Positions 63,823-64,000 of a stretch of DNA of 64,000 nucleotides are shown piece after piece. This DNA is from Haliotis rufescens (lineage: Eukaryota). Position numbers and translations under genes: made by a program. The notes beneath the pieces were generated by a model that worked only from the letters and a program-made list of their open reading frames with translations, had not been told where the DNA came from and ran no database searches. The stretch spans positions 3,100,001 to 3,164,000 of the forward strand of contig NW_025963868.1 in NCBI RefSeq assembly GCF_023055435.1, read 5' to 3'. Positions within the stretch are counted from its first letter, which is position 1, and each line of letters begins with the position of its first letter.

Positions 63823-64000
63823 ATGTCTTCGCAATACGGACGCAAGTTAAACCCACAACGTAGACTTCGAGATCCATTAGGGGTCAAAGCAATTCGTCAG
63901 TCTGTAACTATAACTAATAACCCTAGTACCATCGATCAGAATCAAACGCTTCTGGTTCGCTTTCCTAATCTCGGCGCACACGATGTGTTAGTTCCGGGAA
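63823..64000 (+). CDS. Probable major capsid protein (double jelly-roll), N-terminus, truncated by the window end
   Basis: Not in the ORF track. Open frame MSSQYGRKLNPQRRLRDPLGVKAIRQSVTITNNPSTIDQNQTLLVRFPNLGAHDVLVPG resembles the first jelly-roll strands of Polinton-like MCPs; only 59 aa are visible. Confidence 0.55.
   Translation, partial: MSSQYGRKLNPQRRLRDPLGVKAIRQSVTITNNPSTIDQNQTLLVRFPNLGAHDVLVPG

Larger units (their letters stand above)
58068..64000. mobile_element. Polinton/Maverick-like endogenous dsDNA virus, continuing beyond the window
   Basis: Abrupt switch to tightly packed intronless ORFs with overlapping stops/starts and no SINEs. Two penton-like ORFs, a probable capsid N-terminus, and an AG(C/T)AGT-containing inverted repeat at the left edge. 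No polymerase, integrase, ATPase or protease is visible inside the window. Confidence 0.72.

Overview
Eukaryotic (animal) genomic DNA with spliceosomal introns, three N-gaps and abundant tRNA-derived SINEs. The SINE families with (ACTC)n tails look molluscan, most like abalone (inference). 0.6-11 kb is a decayed Tc1 element, a 70-bp and a 37-bp satellite, and SINE/MITE debris. 13-57.9 kb is a tandem array (about 16-kb period) of three minus-strand type-I Ig-superfamily receptor genes (signal peptide - atypical V - Ig - Ig - TM - tyrosine-motif tail), reconstructed exon by exon from splice sites and phases, including 16- and 22-nt micro-exons. Genes 2 and 3 end in a canonical ITAM (DYERL-x7-YTSL) and carry two alternative transmembrane cassettes. 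Gene 1 has lost the ITAM behind stop codons and has an ITIM (SPYATV), so the cluster looks like a paired activating/inhibitory immune receptor family with CDR-like V-domain variation. Gene 1's TM exon/5' splice site has been amplified into about 83 copies of a 44-bp repeat. From about 58.1 kb to the window end is a gene-dense, intronless Polinton/Maverick-like endogenous virus: two tandem penton-like genes, three predicted membrane proteins and the start of a probable major capsid gene. All gene models and homologies come from reading the sequence; none has been checked by a database search or transcript data.
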